Origin: Aulosira sp. ZfuVER01
Lineage (GTDB): Bacteria > Cyanobacteriota > Cyanobacteriia > Cyanobacteriales > Nostocaceae
Length of the DNA: 64,000 bases
Direction of reading: 5' to 3'
Assembly (NCBI GenBank): GCA_034530615.2
Contig: JAVRCV020000004.1
Coordinates: 64,001 to 128,000, forward strand
Below, piece by piece: positions 11,128 through 21,972 of the stretch (its first letter is position 1; each line of letters begins with the position of its first letter). The notes under the pieces are model-generated. The model was not told the DNA's origin and made no database searches. It saw only the letters and a program-made list of their open reading frames with translations. A program made the translations under genes and the position numbers.

Positions 11128-11973
11128 CTAGGGTGTTCGGAAATTAACTTTTAATTTTTTTTGATTCAATTGTACTAATGGATTGTCCGGGTTTTGAAGA
11201 TCAATGTATTCTATTTGACTAGAATTCAACTTGCCAGGTAAATGGTGTAGTTGAGTCAGTATCTTAATTTGTTCAGATAATTGAGAACTTGGTGGACCGA
11301 GATGTACATTACCTAGTTCAGTTTTCAAAATTAAATTTGTTGGATCTTGGCAATCAATTTCCATGACTTTTACAGAACTTTGGCTCACTGATAGATAAAG
11401 TTGAGTCCAATAAGGAAGGTATTTTTCTGGCGCTCCAATTACTTTGAGACTGGGCAATTTCCCTGTAGGATTCAATGATGTGTATTTTTCTAGAGGCATC
11501 CAAACTCCACTTGCATCTATTAAGCCCAGAGATCCTTGTTTATTACTACTGTCAGTATTTTCCCCTTGAGGAGTTTGAACCATTGCTACAGGTACTCGTT
11601 CTGTGATTTCAATAATTAATCCAGGAGGAAATAGACGACGACTAACGCTAGCTTGGGCAATAGTTGGTTGTCGCTTTAAAGAGTCAGCGATAACCGATGG
11701 CTGAATTCGCCATAAAGACTGGGGATAAGATAGCACCAACAGTGACTGAATCGTCTGATCTGACAGTAATTGATTACCTGATTTCATGACAATTTGTTTG
11801 GGAGCATTTAGCATCCACATGGGTTGGATTGCTATCCACAGCAAACATCCGGCCAAACCACTAATAGCAAAGGTGCGCCAAAGAGCTTGAATAATTTTCA
11901 TCTGCTGCTGTCTCCGTAGTTTTTTACGGCGTTGGGCTAAATCCGTACGCGAAACTGATACTAGTCCAGCCAT
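11128..11973 (-). CDS. ftsQ: cell division protein FtsQ
   Basis: basic N-terminus, single TM, POTRA-like VSRRLFPPGLIIEITER, YIDL; upstream of ftsZ. Confidence 0.9.
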   Translation of the reverse strand: MAGLVSVSRTDLAQRRKKLRRQQQMKIIQALWRTFAISGLAGCLLWIAIQPMWMLNAPKQIVMKSGNQLLSDQTIQSLLVLSYPQSLWRIQPSVIADSLKRQPTIAQASVSRRLFPPGLIIEITERVPVAMVQTPQGENTDSSNKQGSLGLIDASGVWMPLEKYTSLNPTGKLPSLKVIGAPEKYLPYWTQLYLSVSQSSVKVMEIDCQDPTNLILKTELGNVHLGPPSSQLSEQIKILTQLHHLPGKLNSSQIEYIDLQNPDNPLVQLNQKKLKVNFRTP

Positions 11974-12414
11974 TTAAACCTCTTTTTGGTTTCAGTCCGT
12001 GTTTTTGCAACCCTGGGAGCGTCAATTAATTTTAATAAACTCTGCCAACATCTTTTAGCTGATATTCTCAATACTTTTTTCACTTTTTAGTAATAATTTA
12101 CAGCAACTACACCAGGATAGTTGTGTAAGGAACTTTCAATAGCAAAGTTAGCGGTGTCTATTTTAGACCCTATGTCACCTTTTTTCTGTGGGGTAATAGC
12201 CATTATCCGCGAAAAAATCTGACAGCAAAAGGCTTACAGCATTTTGCTATGTGCGTATATCAATTTTAAATATGTCACAATGCTGATACGGTTAAATCTT
12301 TGGAGCAACAATAGCAGTTTTTTGAGATCTGAATCATAGCAAAACTGCCTATTTTTTCAAGGATTAAACCTGAGTAACCCTAATATAAAGCAATAACGGG
12401 TACTCTTCGAGAAC

Positions 12415-12670
12415 CGCTACCCTACTCTGCGAAAACTTTCTTCTCCTGCGGAGACGCTAACGCGAACGAGGGAACAGGAACGACTTCTCTTTTGGAGTAC
12501 AAGTGGGGGAACTTGACACCACTTGCTACCCTGCGGGTTCGCTGAAAGCGTCCTCGAAGAGTAGCCACCCTTCAGGCGTCTACAAGCCAGGACCCTTCCA
12601 ACGCAGTGGCTCCCCAACGCACTGTCGACGTTTGGACTTCAATACCGCTACGCTAACATCGCACTGCCTC
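12415..12670. repeat. cluster of nested short dispersed repeats
   Basis: GC-rich mosaic containing CCACTTGCTA...CAACGCAGTGGCTCCCCAAC (cf. 51133-51432) and TACCCTGCGGG (also at 50896-50906 reverse and 61331-61341). Confidence 0.55.
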
Positions 12671-13142
12671 ACTATTATTCTTGAAAGTACCATTTAGAAC
12701 ATTTAGAACATATAGACATCTAGGTTTTTTTTACAGATAATTGCGAAATATTAATTTAAATATAAACATTCTTTTTTATTTATTGACAAAAATACATATA
12801 ATTGATATGCATAGCATCTATGACTAAATCCTAAATCCAAACCACAGAGTAACTTTTTTTACAAAATAAACTCAGTCTAAGGGTTTTTGCTACATCAAGT
12901 AAAGGCTATAGATTGTCAAAAGCTTAACAGCAGCTGTAAAAAGGACAGATACACTTAATGTATAAGGAAAAACTAACTCTCTAGCGTACTAGTGACAGTT
13001 GTTAGCACCAACAGTGCTTCTAGGACTCTGCATAAGCCAAAATTGTAAATGAGTCAATTGTGCAGATCTCTATATTAAATAGAGCGTTTTGCATAGCAAA
13101 AGATACAAATTAAACCGCATCTAAATCTACATCTGCATCTAC

Positions 13143-14474
13143 ATGAGAACGACACTAAATTTGTCACGTTTTTATAAAGCATGTAACCCTAGCTACACAT
13201 TAAATATGGGTGAGGTACTGGATAAGCAGTACTATATAGATTTCTCTGATGTACGTGGTTGCAAGATTGTTGAAGAATTACAACGTACTATCAGTCGTAT
13301 TTCTCCAGATGAGCCGACTTGTCAGTTATTTACGGGTCACATTGGTTGTGGTAAATCCACAGAATTACAACGTCTCAAAGCAGAGCTGGAAGTAGCAGGA
13401 TTTCATGTAGTTTATTTTGAATCCAGCCAAGATCTAGATATGGCGGATATTGATGTCAGTGATATTTTGCTGAGTGTAGCTCGTCAAGTCAGTGTCAGTT
13501 TAGAAGGGATTGGTATTAAACTCAAACCGGGTTACTTTAATAATTTATTCAAAGAAATAGGGGATTTTTTGCAGAGTCCCATAGAGTTATCAGGACAAGC
13601 GGAATTATCCTTAGGTATTGCTAAAATTACCGCCAAAACTAAAGATAGTGCGCAGATGCGCAATCAATTAAGACAATATCTCGAGCCACGTACGAACAGC
13701 ATTTTGCAAGCAATTAATGAGGAGATATTAGAAAAAGCTGTTGAACAGCTCAAACAACGTGGTCAAAAAGGATTGGTAGTAATTGTAGATAACTTAGATA
13801 GGGTTGATATGCGACCCGTAGCATCTGGGCGCACGCAACCAGAATATCTTTTTATCGACCGAGGTGAGCAGTTACGTCGGCTCAAATGCCACTTAGTATA
13901 CACCATACCTTTAGCCTTAATTTTTTCCAATGAGTATGAGACTTTGAAAAATCGCTTAGGAGGAGGAATTGCGCCCAAAGTATTACCGATGGTATTGGTG
14001 CGGCAAAGAGATGGTCATGACTACGAACCAGGGATGTCACTATTGCGCCAGCTAGTCTTAGCAAGAGCTTTTCCGGAAATTCCCTGGAATGAGAGACCAT
14101 CATTAATTACAGATTTATTTGACCACCCTGAAACCTTAGGTCGTATATGCCGTGTCAGTGGCGGTCACATTCGTAATTTATTGGGTCTGCTTTATAGTTG
14201 CTTGCAACGCCAAGATCCTCCTTTTTCTAGAGAATGTTTAGAAGCTGTAATTAAGGACTACAGGGATGATCTGCTATTAGCTATTGATGAGTACCAATGG
14301 AAATTACTGTTTGAAGTAGTGCAGCAGCAAAGTGTTAAAGGCGAATCTGACTACCAGAGCTTACTGCGAAGTATGTATCTGTTTGAATATCGCGATCCTC
14401 AAGGGCGATGGTTTGGCATTAGTCCAGCATTAGCAGAAACAGAAAAAGTTATGACTTGGCAGCAAAATAAATAA
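13143..14474 (+). CDS. P-loop ATPase (AAA+/STAND-like), module 1
   Basis: Walker A FTGHIGCGKS, Walker B VVIVDNLD, SGGHIR, C-terminal LFEY..WFGISP; homologous to the genes at 32843 and 36533. Confidence 0.85.
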   Translation: MRTTLNLSRFYKACNPSYTLNMGEVLDKQYYIDFSDVRGCKIVEELQRTISRISPDEPTCQLFTGHIGCGKSTELQRLKAELEVAGFHVVYFESSQDLDMADIDVSDILLSVARQVSVSLEGIGIKLKPGYFNNLFKEIGDFLQSPIELSGQAELSLGIAKITAKTKDSAQMRNQLRQYLEPRTNSILQAINEEILEKAVEQLKQRGQKGLVVIVDNLDRVDMRPVASGRTQPEYLFIDRGEQLRRLKCHLVYTIPLALIFSNEYETLKNRLGGGIAPKVLPMVLVRQRDGHDYEPGMSLLRQLVLARAFPEIPWNERPSLITDLFDHPETLGRICRVSGGHIRNLLGLLYSCLQRQDPPFSRECLEAVIKDYRDDLLLAIDEYQWKLLFEVVQQQSVKGESDYQSLLRSMYLFEYRDPQGRWFGISPALAETEKVMTWQQNK

Positions 14475-14502
14475 GCGATTCAAAATTGTTTTTGAATCGC
14501 TT
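14473..14502 (+). terminator. 13-bp hairpin between the ATPase and its partner gene
   Basis: AAGCGATTCAAAA-ttgt-TTTTGAATCGCTT. Confidence 0.5.
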
Positions 14503-14747
14503 TCTAGGGCAGGAAAATTTAGCCACTTGTTATCCTTTGTATTCTCTCAAGAATTACAAGTCAGCAAATCTCTCCTCGCCCACAGCTTAGGGGTAAAGCC
14601 CATACCTCGTTAAGGCTAAAACCAGTCACTAACGCAATGGCTTTTCTGAGAAACTTTTTGCAAAATGCAAAACTCTGTATCAGCAAGTATTCTGGTTGCT
14701 ACTTGATCTGTAATTTTTATTCTTCCTTTCTAGCCCGGTTTTTATTT

Positions 14748-17700
14748 ATGACAAAGTGGCAATTTACAGCAGCTATCGTCAATGACAATCAGCATGCTCT
14801 GCAAAGGATGATTCGGGCAATCAAGCTTTCCAAAGGACAATTTGCCCTGATTTTAGTTCGGTGCAACTATGGACAATTACGTGAGCAAATGTTGGCTAAT
14901 CTTCGTTTGCTCACCAAAGACATAAATATCCGAGAGATAATTCTCCAGCCATCAACTAATGCTTTACACACTCAAGTAATCACAGAACTATTTTTAGATC
15001 ACCCTGTGGTTGTTAAAGACACTTTGCCATCAGCTGTGATGGTTTTTGGACTAGAGTCAATTATCGCTCTCGATAATTTTTTGGCTGGTGTGAACCAAGC
15101 AAGAGATATCTATGCGGCTACTTTTCCTTTCCCCCTGATATTTTGGCTACAAGATGATGTGGCATCAATGCTGTCTAGGTTAGCACCTGATTTTAAAAGT
15201 TGGGCTGCAACTACAATTAAATTTGAATTAGCAAAAGAATATCTAATTGCTTTGATCAGGCAAGAAACAGAATCCTTATTTGCTAAGGTGTTAGAGACAG
15301 GTGCTGATAGATTTTTATCTAATGATACTCTTGATTTAGCCCCTAAATCACAAAATCGCCGTGAAATTGAGTCAGCTAGGAGTGATTTACTGCGTCTATA
15401 TGGTGTCAAATTAGATCCAGAATTAGAAGCAAGTTTAGAATTTGTATTAGGGCGTGATGAGTATGCCAACGATCAAATTAATGATGCTTTAGTTCATTAT
15501 CAAAGAAGCCTAGAACTTTGGCAAAAGGTGGGTTCAGATGAAAGTGGATTTAGGGGTTTAGAGGAGAATTTAGAAGTATATTCTCCCCATCCGCCGATGT
15601 TGCCATCTCCACCACTTTTGAGGCAGGCAGTAGTAATATTCCATCTGGGACTGTGTTATCGCCGCAAGGGGGACTTATACCAAGGTGCTGATAGCAAGTA
15701 CTGGCAAGATGCTCTTTTTTGGTTTAGGAAATGCTTGGAGATTTTAGAGGAGGCACAAAGACAAGACTTAGTTGCTAAATTTATATTACCTGCTTGTGAA
15801 ATGCTGCAACGCTTACAAGATTGGGAAGAATTAGAAGAATTAGCCCAAAAGTCTTTGAAGTTGCATGAAACTTATGGTAAACCTGTGCAAGTTGCCCAAG
15901 ATTATGGATTTCTTGCAGATGCGGCGGCTTCTGAGTCAAATTGGTTACTAGCGCATGAATTAGCGAATACAGCACTTTCTATTGCAGAAATGGCTACAGA
16001 AGTTTCACGTCGGCAGGAAAGTTGGTATCTTTTATTACTGGCAAGGACACAACGGCATCTGGGCGAGTGGGAAGAAGCCATCAATAATTTGGAATGGGCA
16101 AAAGTAGTTTGTGAGCTACAGTATGAACCATCACTTTATTTGGAAATTTTAGAAGAGTTGCGATCGCTCTATTTTGTTGAGCGTCATAACTATACAGAAG
16201 CCTTTAGCCTGAAGCAAGAAAAAATTCAAATAGAACATCAGTATGGCTTTCGCGCCTTCATTGGCCCAAGTCAATTGCAGCCCCAACGCTACAGAATTAA
16301 CCCAGTACTAGAGCCGCAAAAAATACCCTTCATTCCTGAGGAAGTGGCTCAGGAAATAGCAGCTTCTGGACGCCAACAAGATGTCAAACGTTTGATTGAA
16401 CGTATTACTCGTGCTGACTACAAACTTACAGTAATTCATGGTCCATCAGGTGTAGGTAAAAGTTCAATTCTCAAAGCTGGTTTAGTACCAGCTTTGAAAG
16501 GAAAAGTCATAGGTGAACGCATTCCTCTACCTATTGTTTTATCTGTATACACAGATTGGGTTACAGCATTGGGGCGCAATGTTAATCAAGTATGGCAAGA
16601 AACAGAAATATCCGCTGCTGTAGAAATTACACCAAATATACTAATTGAAAAACTCCGTCTAGCATCGGAACGAAATCATACAATAATTATTATTTTTGAC
16701 CAGTTTGAAGAATTTTTCTTTGTTAGCACATCTCCAGAAAAAAAGAGTCAATTTTATAAATTTTTTAGTCAGTGTTTAAATATTCCCTATGTAAAAATAA
16801 TTTTAGCAATTCGGGAAGATTATTTACATTACTTATTAGAATTTGAGCGATTGAGTAAAGAGACTAGTGATGGTTTATATGATTTAGGTGTAATTAATAA
16901 AAACATCTTAGATAAAGATATTCGCTACTATTTGGGTAATTTTGACAGTGCTGATGCCATAAATATCATCAAAAGTCTAACTCAACGTTCACATTATGAA
17001 ATAACTAATGAGTTAATTAACCAATTAGTGAATGATTTAGCAGGAGAACTAAATGAAGTACATCCAATTGAGCTACAGATAGTCGGTGCGCAGCTGCAAG
17101 CAGAAAACATTACTACGCTCGAACAATACAAACTATGCGGTGGCTCGACAAAACTAGTAGAACGCTGGCTAGAGGGAGTTATCAAAGATTGTGGACAGGA
17201 AAACGAAGAGCGTAGTTGGAAATTATTGTTTGAATTAATTGATGAAAAAGGCACAAGGCCACTCAAAACAAAAGCTGATTTGGCAGTTGCTCTAGGGAAT
17301 AATTTTACTGCAATATCTGATTTTGAATCGTCTTGGGAATTTATTTTAGAAATTTTGGTGGGATCGGGGTTAGTGTTGCGAGAGCCAGAAGAGTTAGGCG
17401 ATCGCTATCAGCTGGTTCACGATTACTTAGTTGAACCGATTCGCCAAAAAAACAGCTATGGCATGGTTGCTGAACTAGAAAAAGTCAGATTTGAAAAAGA
17501 TAGAGCTGAAGTAGCTCAAAAGCTATCTCAAGAGCAACTGAATTTAGTTTTGCAACGGCGACTGCGAGAAGCACGCATAGCAGGCGGATCTTTGGCAATC
17601 ATGGCCGGGGCAATAGCAGTATTATGGTGGCAAGCTGACTTACAAAGAAGAGCTGCAATTCTCCAGACTCGTAGAGCAGAACGTAGCGAAACTAACTTTA

Positions 17701-19775
17701 AAATCAGTGCTATTACTGCCTCTAGCGAAGCTCTGTTTGCCTCTAATAAAGAGTTTGATGCCTTATTGGAAAGTTTACGAGCTTGGAAAAGACTCAAGCA
17801 GGCAGATGGAGTGCAAGCAGAAACCAAAATGCGGGTAGTCACAGCCCTCCAACAAGCTGTTTATGGAGTCAAAGAGCAAAATCGCTTGGAGGGGCATAGA
17901 GATATTGTCTGGAGTGTGACTTTCAGCCCTGATGGTCAGTTGTTGGCTTCAGGTAGTACGGATAGGACGATAAAACTGTGGCGTCCTGACGGGACTTTGC
18001 TACAAACTCTTAAAGGTCATAGCGATGCTGTCACCAGCGTGAGTTTTAGTCCAGATGGCCAAACCTTAGCTTCTGCCAGCCTAGACAAAAGTGTGCAAAT
18101 ATGGCGGAGAAATGCAATTACAGGTGAATTTGACTCACAGCCATACAAAACCCTCGAAGGGCATGGAGATTGGGTTTATAGCGTGAGTTTTAGCCCAGAT
18201 GGCGAGTTGTTGGCTACCGGCAGTAAGGATGCGACTGTTAAACTCTGGCGTAAGGACGGTAGTTTAGTCAAAGTCCTCAGGGGACATCAAGGATGGGTTA
18301 ACTGGGTCACATTCAGCCCTGATGGACAATTTATTGCCTCAGCGGGTGAAGATAAAACAGTGAAAATCTGGCGACGAGATGGCAGATTAGTGACTACCTT
18401 GCAGGGACATCGGCAAGGTGTAACTGCTGTAGCTTTTAGCCCAAATGGTCAAATTATCGCATCTGGGGGTAGAGATAAAACAATCAAACTTTGGCGCAGA
18501 GAGCGCAATCTTAGTAAAGACAGCTTTGATTTTCGTCCCAGCAAAACCTTAGAGCAACATAGTGGTAATATTTGGAGCCTGAACTTCAGTTCTGATAGTC
18601 AAAAGTTAGCTTCCGGCAGCGATGATAACACCATTAATCTCTGGAGTGTCACCGGCACTTTACTGAACACTTTTAAAGGACACAGCGATGCTGTTTCCAG
18701 TGTAGCTTTCAGCCCAGATAACAGACTCTTGGCTTCAGCAAGTTATGACAAAAGCGTGAAATTGTGGCGTTTAGATGCCCCGAGACTACCCATCCTCAAA
18801 GGGCATAAGAGTCGAGTTTTGAGCGTGGCTTGGAGTCCTGATGGTCAGATGTTGGCTTCAGCCAGTAAAGATAAAACAGTCAAACTCTGGAAGCGAGATA
18901 CCAGAAGCGGTGATATGGAAACCCAGATCTACAAAACTCTGCTGGGGCATCTAGATAAAGTCCCGAGTGTGAGTTTTGATCCCCAAGGGGAAATGCTGGC
19001 CTCAGCCAGTTATGACAAAACTGTGAAACTGTGGCGGCGCGATGGCACTTTAATAAAAACACTCCAAGGGCATAGTGATAATGTCATGAGCGTGACTTTC
19101 AGCCCTGATGGTCAATTTATTGCCTCAGCCAGTAAAGATAAAACAGTCAAACTTTGGCACCGTGATGGTCGCTTGCTGACAACATTGGTGGGTCATAATG
19201 GTTGGGTCAATAGCGTGAATTTCAGTCCCGATGCTCAAATTTTAGCTTCTGCGAGTGACGATCAAACTATAAAACTGTGGCGACGGGATGGTACCTTACT
19301 AAAAACTTTCTCACCTCAAGATGGTTGGGTATTAGGTGTGAGTTTTAGCCCCACTGACCAGTTGTTGGCTTCTGCTAGTTGGGATAATACAGTGAAGTTA
19401 TGGCGACGGGACGGTACGTTGTTAAAAACCTTGTTAAAAGGCTATAGCGATAGCGTTAACGCTGTTACCTTTAGTCCTAATGGTGAATTGCTGGCTGCTG
19501 CTAGTTGGGACCGTACAGTCAAACTTTGGAGCCGTGAGGGCAAACTGATTAAAACCCTCACTGGGCATCAGGGAGCAGTATTAAGTGTCAGTTTTAGTCC
19601 TGATGGTCAAACACTAGCTTCGGCGGGTGATGACAACACGATTATTCTTTGGAACTTGGATATTGACGATCTACTGCAACGTGGTTGCAACTGGGTAAAT
19701 GATTACCTCAAAAACAACCGTAATGTTGAACAGCGCGATCGCCTTCTTTGCGAGACTATCCCCCACAGGCCCTAG
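14748..19775 (+). CDS. NLR-like protein: shared N-terminal domain, TPR-like helices, STAND NTPase, TM helix, 14 WD40 repeats
   Basis: FPFPLIFWL..LAPDFKSW; HGPSGVGKSS and IIIFDQFEE; LVHDYL; hydrophobic IAGGSLAIMAGAIAVLWW; 14 GH..V.SV.FSPDG-type repeats; ATG 14748 preferred. Confidence 0.88.
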   Translation: MTKWQFTAAIVNDNQHALQRMIRAIKLSKGQFALILVRCNYGQLREQMLANLRLLTKDINIREIILQPSTNALHTQVITELFLDHPVVVKDTLPSAVMVFGLESIIALDNFLAGVNQARDIYAATFPFPLIFWLQDDVASMLSRLAPDFKSWAATTIKFELAKEYLIALIRQETESLFAKVLETGADRFLSNDTLDLAPKSQNRREIESARSDLLRLYGVKLDPELEASLEFVLGRDEYANDQINDALVHYQRSLELWQKVGSDESGFRGLEENLEVYSPHPPMLPSPPLLRQAVVIFHLGLCYRRKGDLYQGADSKYWQDALFWFRKCLEILEEAQRQDLVAKFILPACEMLQRLQDWEELEELAQKSLKLHETYGKPVQVAQDYGFLADAAASESNWLLAHELANTALSIAEMATEVSRRQESWYLLLLARTQRHLGEWEEAINNLEWAKVVCELQYEPSLYLEILEELRSLYFVERHNYTEAFSLKQEKIQIEHQYGFRAFIGPSQLQPQRYRINPVLEPQKIPFIPEEVAQEIAASGRQQDVKRLIERITRADYKLTVIHGPSGVGKSSILKAGLVPALKGKVIGERIPLPIVLSVYTDWVTALGRNVNQVWQETEISAAVEITPNILIEKLRLASERNHTIIIIFDQFEEFFFVSTSPEKKSQFYKFFSQCLNIPYVKIILAIREDYLHYLLEFERLSKETSDGLYDLGVINKNILDKDIRYYLGNFDSADAINIIKSLTQRSHYEITNELINQLVNDLAGELNEVHPIELQIVGAQLQAENITTLEQYKLCGGSTKLVERWLEGVIKDCGQENEERSWKLLFELIDEKGTRPLKTKADLAVALGNNFTAISDFESSWEFILEILVGSGLVLREPEELGDRYQLVHDYLVEPIRQKNSYGMVAELEKVRFEKDRAEVAQKLSQEQLNLVLQRRLREARIAGGSLAIMAGAIAVLWWQADLQRRAAILQTRRAERSETNFKISAITASSEALFASNKEFDALLESLRAWKRLKQADGVQAETKMRVVTALQQAVYGVKEQNRLEGHRDIVWSVTFSPDGQLLASGSTDRTIKLWRPDGTLLQTLKGHSDAVTSVSFSPDGQTLASASLDKSVQIWRRNAITGEFDSQPYKTLEGHGDWVYSVSFSPDGELLATGSKDATVKLWRKDGSLVKVLRGHQGWVNWVTFSPDGQFIASAGEDKTVKIWRRDGRLVTTLQGHRQGVTAVAFSPNGQIIASGGRDKTIKLWRRERNLSKDSFDFRPSKTLEQHSGNIWSLNFSSDSQKLASGSDDNTINLWSVTGTLLNTFKGHSDAVSSVAFSPDNRLLASASYDKSVKLWRLDAPRLPILKGHKSRVLSVAWSPDGQMLASASKDKTVKLWKRDTRSGDMETQIYKTLLGHLDKVPSVSFDPQGEMLASASYDKTVKLWRRDGTLIKTLQGHSDNVMSVTFSPDGQFIASASKDKTVKLWHRDGRLLTTLVGHNGWVNSVNFSPDAQILASASDDQTIKLWRRDGTLLKTFSPQDGWVLGVSFSPTDQLLASASWDNTVKLWRRDGTLLKTLLKGYSDSVNAVTFSPNGELLAAASWDRTVKLWSREGKLIKTLTGHQGAVLSVSFSPDGQTLASAGDDNTIILWNLDIDDLLQRGCNWVNDYLKNNRNVEQRDRLLCETIPHRP

Positions 19776-19876
19776 TACAGCCGCAAAGAATTCCAAATTC
19801 GGCAATCATTGAGTTATGAGTGTGAGGCGTAAAAAGTGATTGATTTCCAACTCAAAACTCAAAACTTATGACTAAC

Positions 19877-20236
19877 TCACCAGCTACAAGAGCGATCGCT
19901 GTTCACTACATCTTCACTATCATCCCTACTGTCCTTAGTCGCATCTTGTAGCAATTGTGCTAAAAAGGCTTGTAACTTCATGCGCTCAATATAAGGCCAG
20001 CCACCCTCAGACTCAATATCTTTCAGTAATGAGTAAAGTTGCTGACGATTATCAGGTAAAGTTTCTTGAAAATATCCATCACGAATATCTCGATGTAACT
20101 GCTCCAACTTCCTTAGTAGAGCCAAAAGAGCTATCGAATCTCCTTGAAAACTCTGCGCTACATCATTTACCGTAGTTGCGATCGTTTCTAATTTAGAAGC
20201 CAACTTCTCAGATTCCAAGCTTCTATCGTTGTTCAT
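19877..20236 (-). CDS. hypothetical protein
   Basis: helical 119-aa ORF with LPDNRQQLYSLLKDIESEGGWPYIERM. Confidence 0.7.
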   Translation of the reverse strand: MNNDRSLESEKLASKLETIATTVNDVAQSFQGDSIALLALLRKLEQLHRDIRDGYFQETLPDNRQQLYSLLKDIESEGGWPYIERMKLQAFLAQLLQDATKDSRDDSEDVVNSDRSCSW

Positions 20237-21017
20237 GCCAGCTTTTCCGTAATAAAGTAAGTTCTACTCAAATTTACCCAAGATTTTGGGCTTTGCTGTC
20301 TTCTGACTAGCTTCTGTGCCCTTCTTTGGCAAGAATATAGCCTAATTTGCATCTTGGTCAAAAACAATTGCGATCGCTTTTAAAACACAGCAGTGACGTT
20401 TAGTACAGCCTAGACCCGAGCTAAATGAAATCAAGGTATTCTTGCTTAAGACTAGAGTGCTTTGATTTTGAGTTTCAAAAAATCGTATGATCTGGCTGAT
20501 TTCCTTTTTAAAACAAAGGGCTGTATGTAGTGGGGACACATACATAATACAGAATGTCTTAGGCGATGCCACTTTTGCCATACGCTAGAGGAAAGTACGA
20601 AGGCAATTTCGCTCTTCGTGTCCTTAAAGGTAAGGGCTAATGCGGCTCTATGTCAGGGCAAACTCATCTATGTGTCTAGGCTCTACCAAATGCTGACAAT
20701 AGTAAAACTGCTGGTTTTTGCCCTTCTTGGGACAAACATCCAAAGCAGATGCAGTGTACTGGCTAGCCTGGGGTTTCAATCCCAGACTTAAACAGAGCGA
20801 CACGTTTAAATACGTTTAGCAAAGATCAGTTTGAGCAGTAGCGACCCTAGCCTAACCTAGCCTGCGGCAACGCCAAAGGCTAAAGGCAACCCTTTGGGGA
20901 ACACTTAAAGGCGAACTGCCTTAAATGCCCTAAAACTAGGGCTGCTTCTCATCAGAGATCAAAACTTTGGTGCAGTTTTACAACGTTAGATATTAATTTT
21001 TGAAATTGAGGTTGACC

Positions 21018-21851
21018 ATGAGGTATCGCGCTTTAATTGTTGCATTTTTGGCTTTGTGCTTGGGGCTGATAACTGCTTGTAGTGACGGTTCATCTTCTAG
21101 CAGTAGAGATATACTCACATATGAACAAATTCGCGGCACTGGCTTGGCTAACAAATGCCCTCAACTGGCAGAAACAAGCCGAGGTTCGATTCCCTTAAAT
21201 TCTAGCCAGTCCTACGCCATTAAAGAACTTTGCTTGGAACCAACTAATTTCTTCGTCAAAGAAGAACCCGCTAATAAACGCCAAGAAGCAGAATTTGTTG
21301 CTGGCAAGCTGTTAACCAGGTATACCTCCACCATTGACCAAGTGCAAGGCGATCTGAAAATTAATACAGATAATAGCTTGACATTTGTGGAAAAAGATGG
21401 TCTTGACTTCCAAGCCATCACTGTGCAACTTCCTGGTGGTGAGCGAGTACCTTTCCTCTTCACCATCAAAAACTTAGTTGCTCAAACACAGCCTGGTTTG
21501 AACAGTGTTAATACTTCCACAGATTTTGAAGGCACGTTTAAAGTACCTTCATATCGTGGTGCTGCCTTCTTAGATCCCAAAGGTCGCGGTGTGGTTACTG
21601 GCTATGATAATGCTGTGGCTCTCCCTGCCCAAGCGGATGATGAAGAACTTACCCGCACTAACGTTAAGCGTGCTGAAATTCTGAGCGGTAAAATTTCCCT
21701 ACAAGTAGCAAAAGTAGATAGTGCTAGTGGTGAAATTGCAGGAACTTTCGAGAGCGAACAGCCATCTGATACTGATTTAGGTGCTGGCGAACCTAAAGAA
21801 GTCAAGATTCGTGGTCTGTTCTACGCTCGGGTTGAACCAACTCGGGGCTAA
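21018..21851 (+). CDS. psbO: photosystem II manganese-stabilizing protein
   Basis: LTYEQIRGTGLANKCP, PGGERVPFLFTIK, FLDPKGRG..GYDNAVALPA; GAGG before ATG 21018. Confidence 0.98.
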   Translation: MRYRALIVAFLALCLGLITACSDGSSSSSRDILTYEQIRGTGLANKCPQLAETSRGSIPLNSSQSYAIKELCLEPTNFFVKEEPANKRQEAEFVAGKLLTRYTSTIDQVQGDLKINTDNSLTFVEKDGLDFQAITVQLPGGERVPFLFTIKNLVAQTQPGLNSVNTSTDFEGTFKVPSYRGAAFLDPKGRGVVTGYDNAVALPAQADDEELTRTNVKRAEILSGKISLQVAKVDSASGEIAGTFESEQPSDTDLGAGEPKEVKIRGLFYARVEPTRG

Positions 21852-21934
21852 TTTCTCTTGAGTACCGCAACTTACGGACACTCATATCGACACAAAAATA
21901 CTGTATGTATTAGGCTTGAATGCAAAATTTAACT

Positions 21935-21972
21935 CACATACACCTTTAAATAAACGGTGTATGTGTTTTTTT
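21935..21972 (+). terminator. intrinsic terminator after psbO
   Basis: CACATACACC...GGTGTATGTG followed by a T-tract. Confidence 0.7.
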
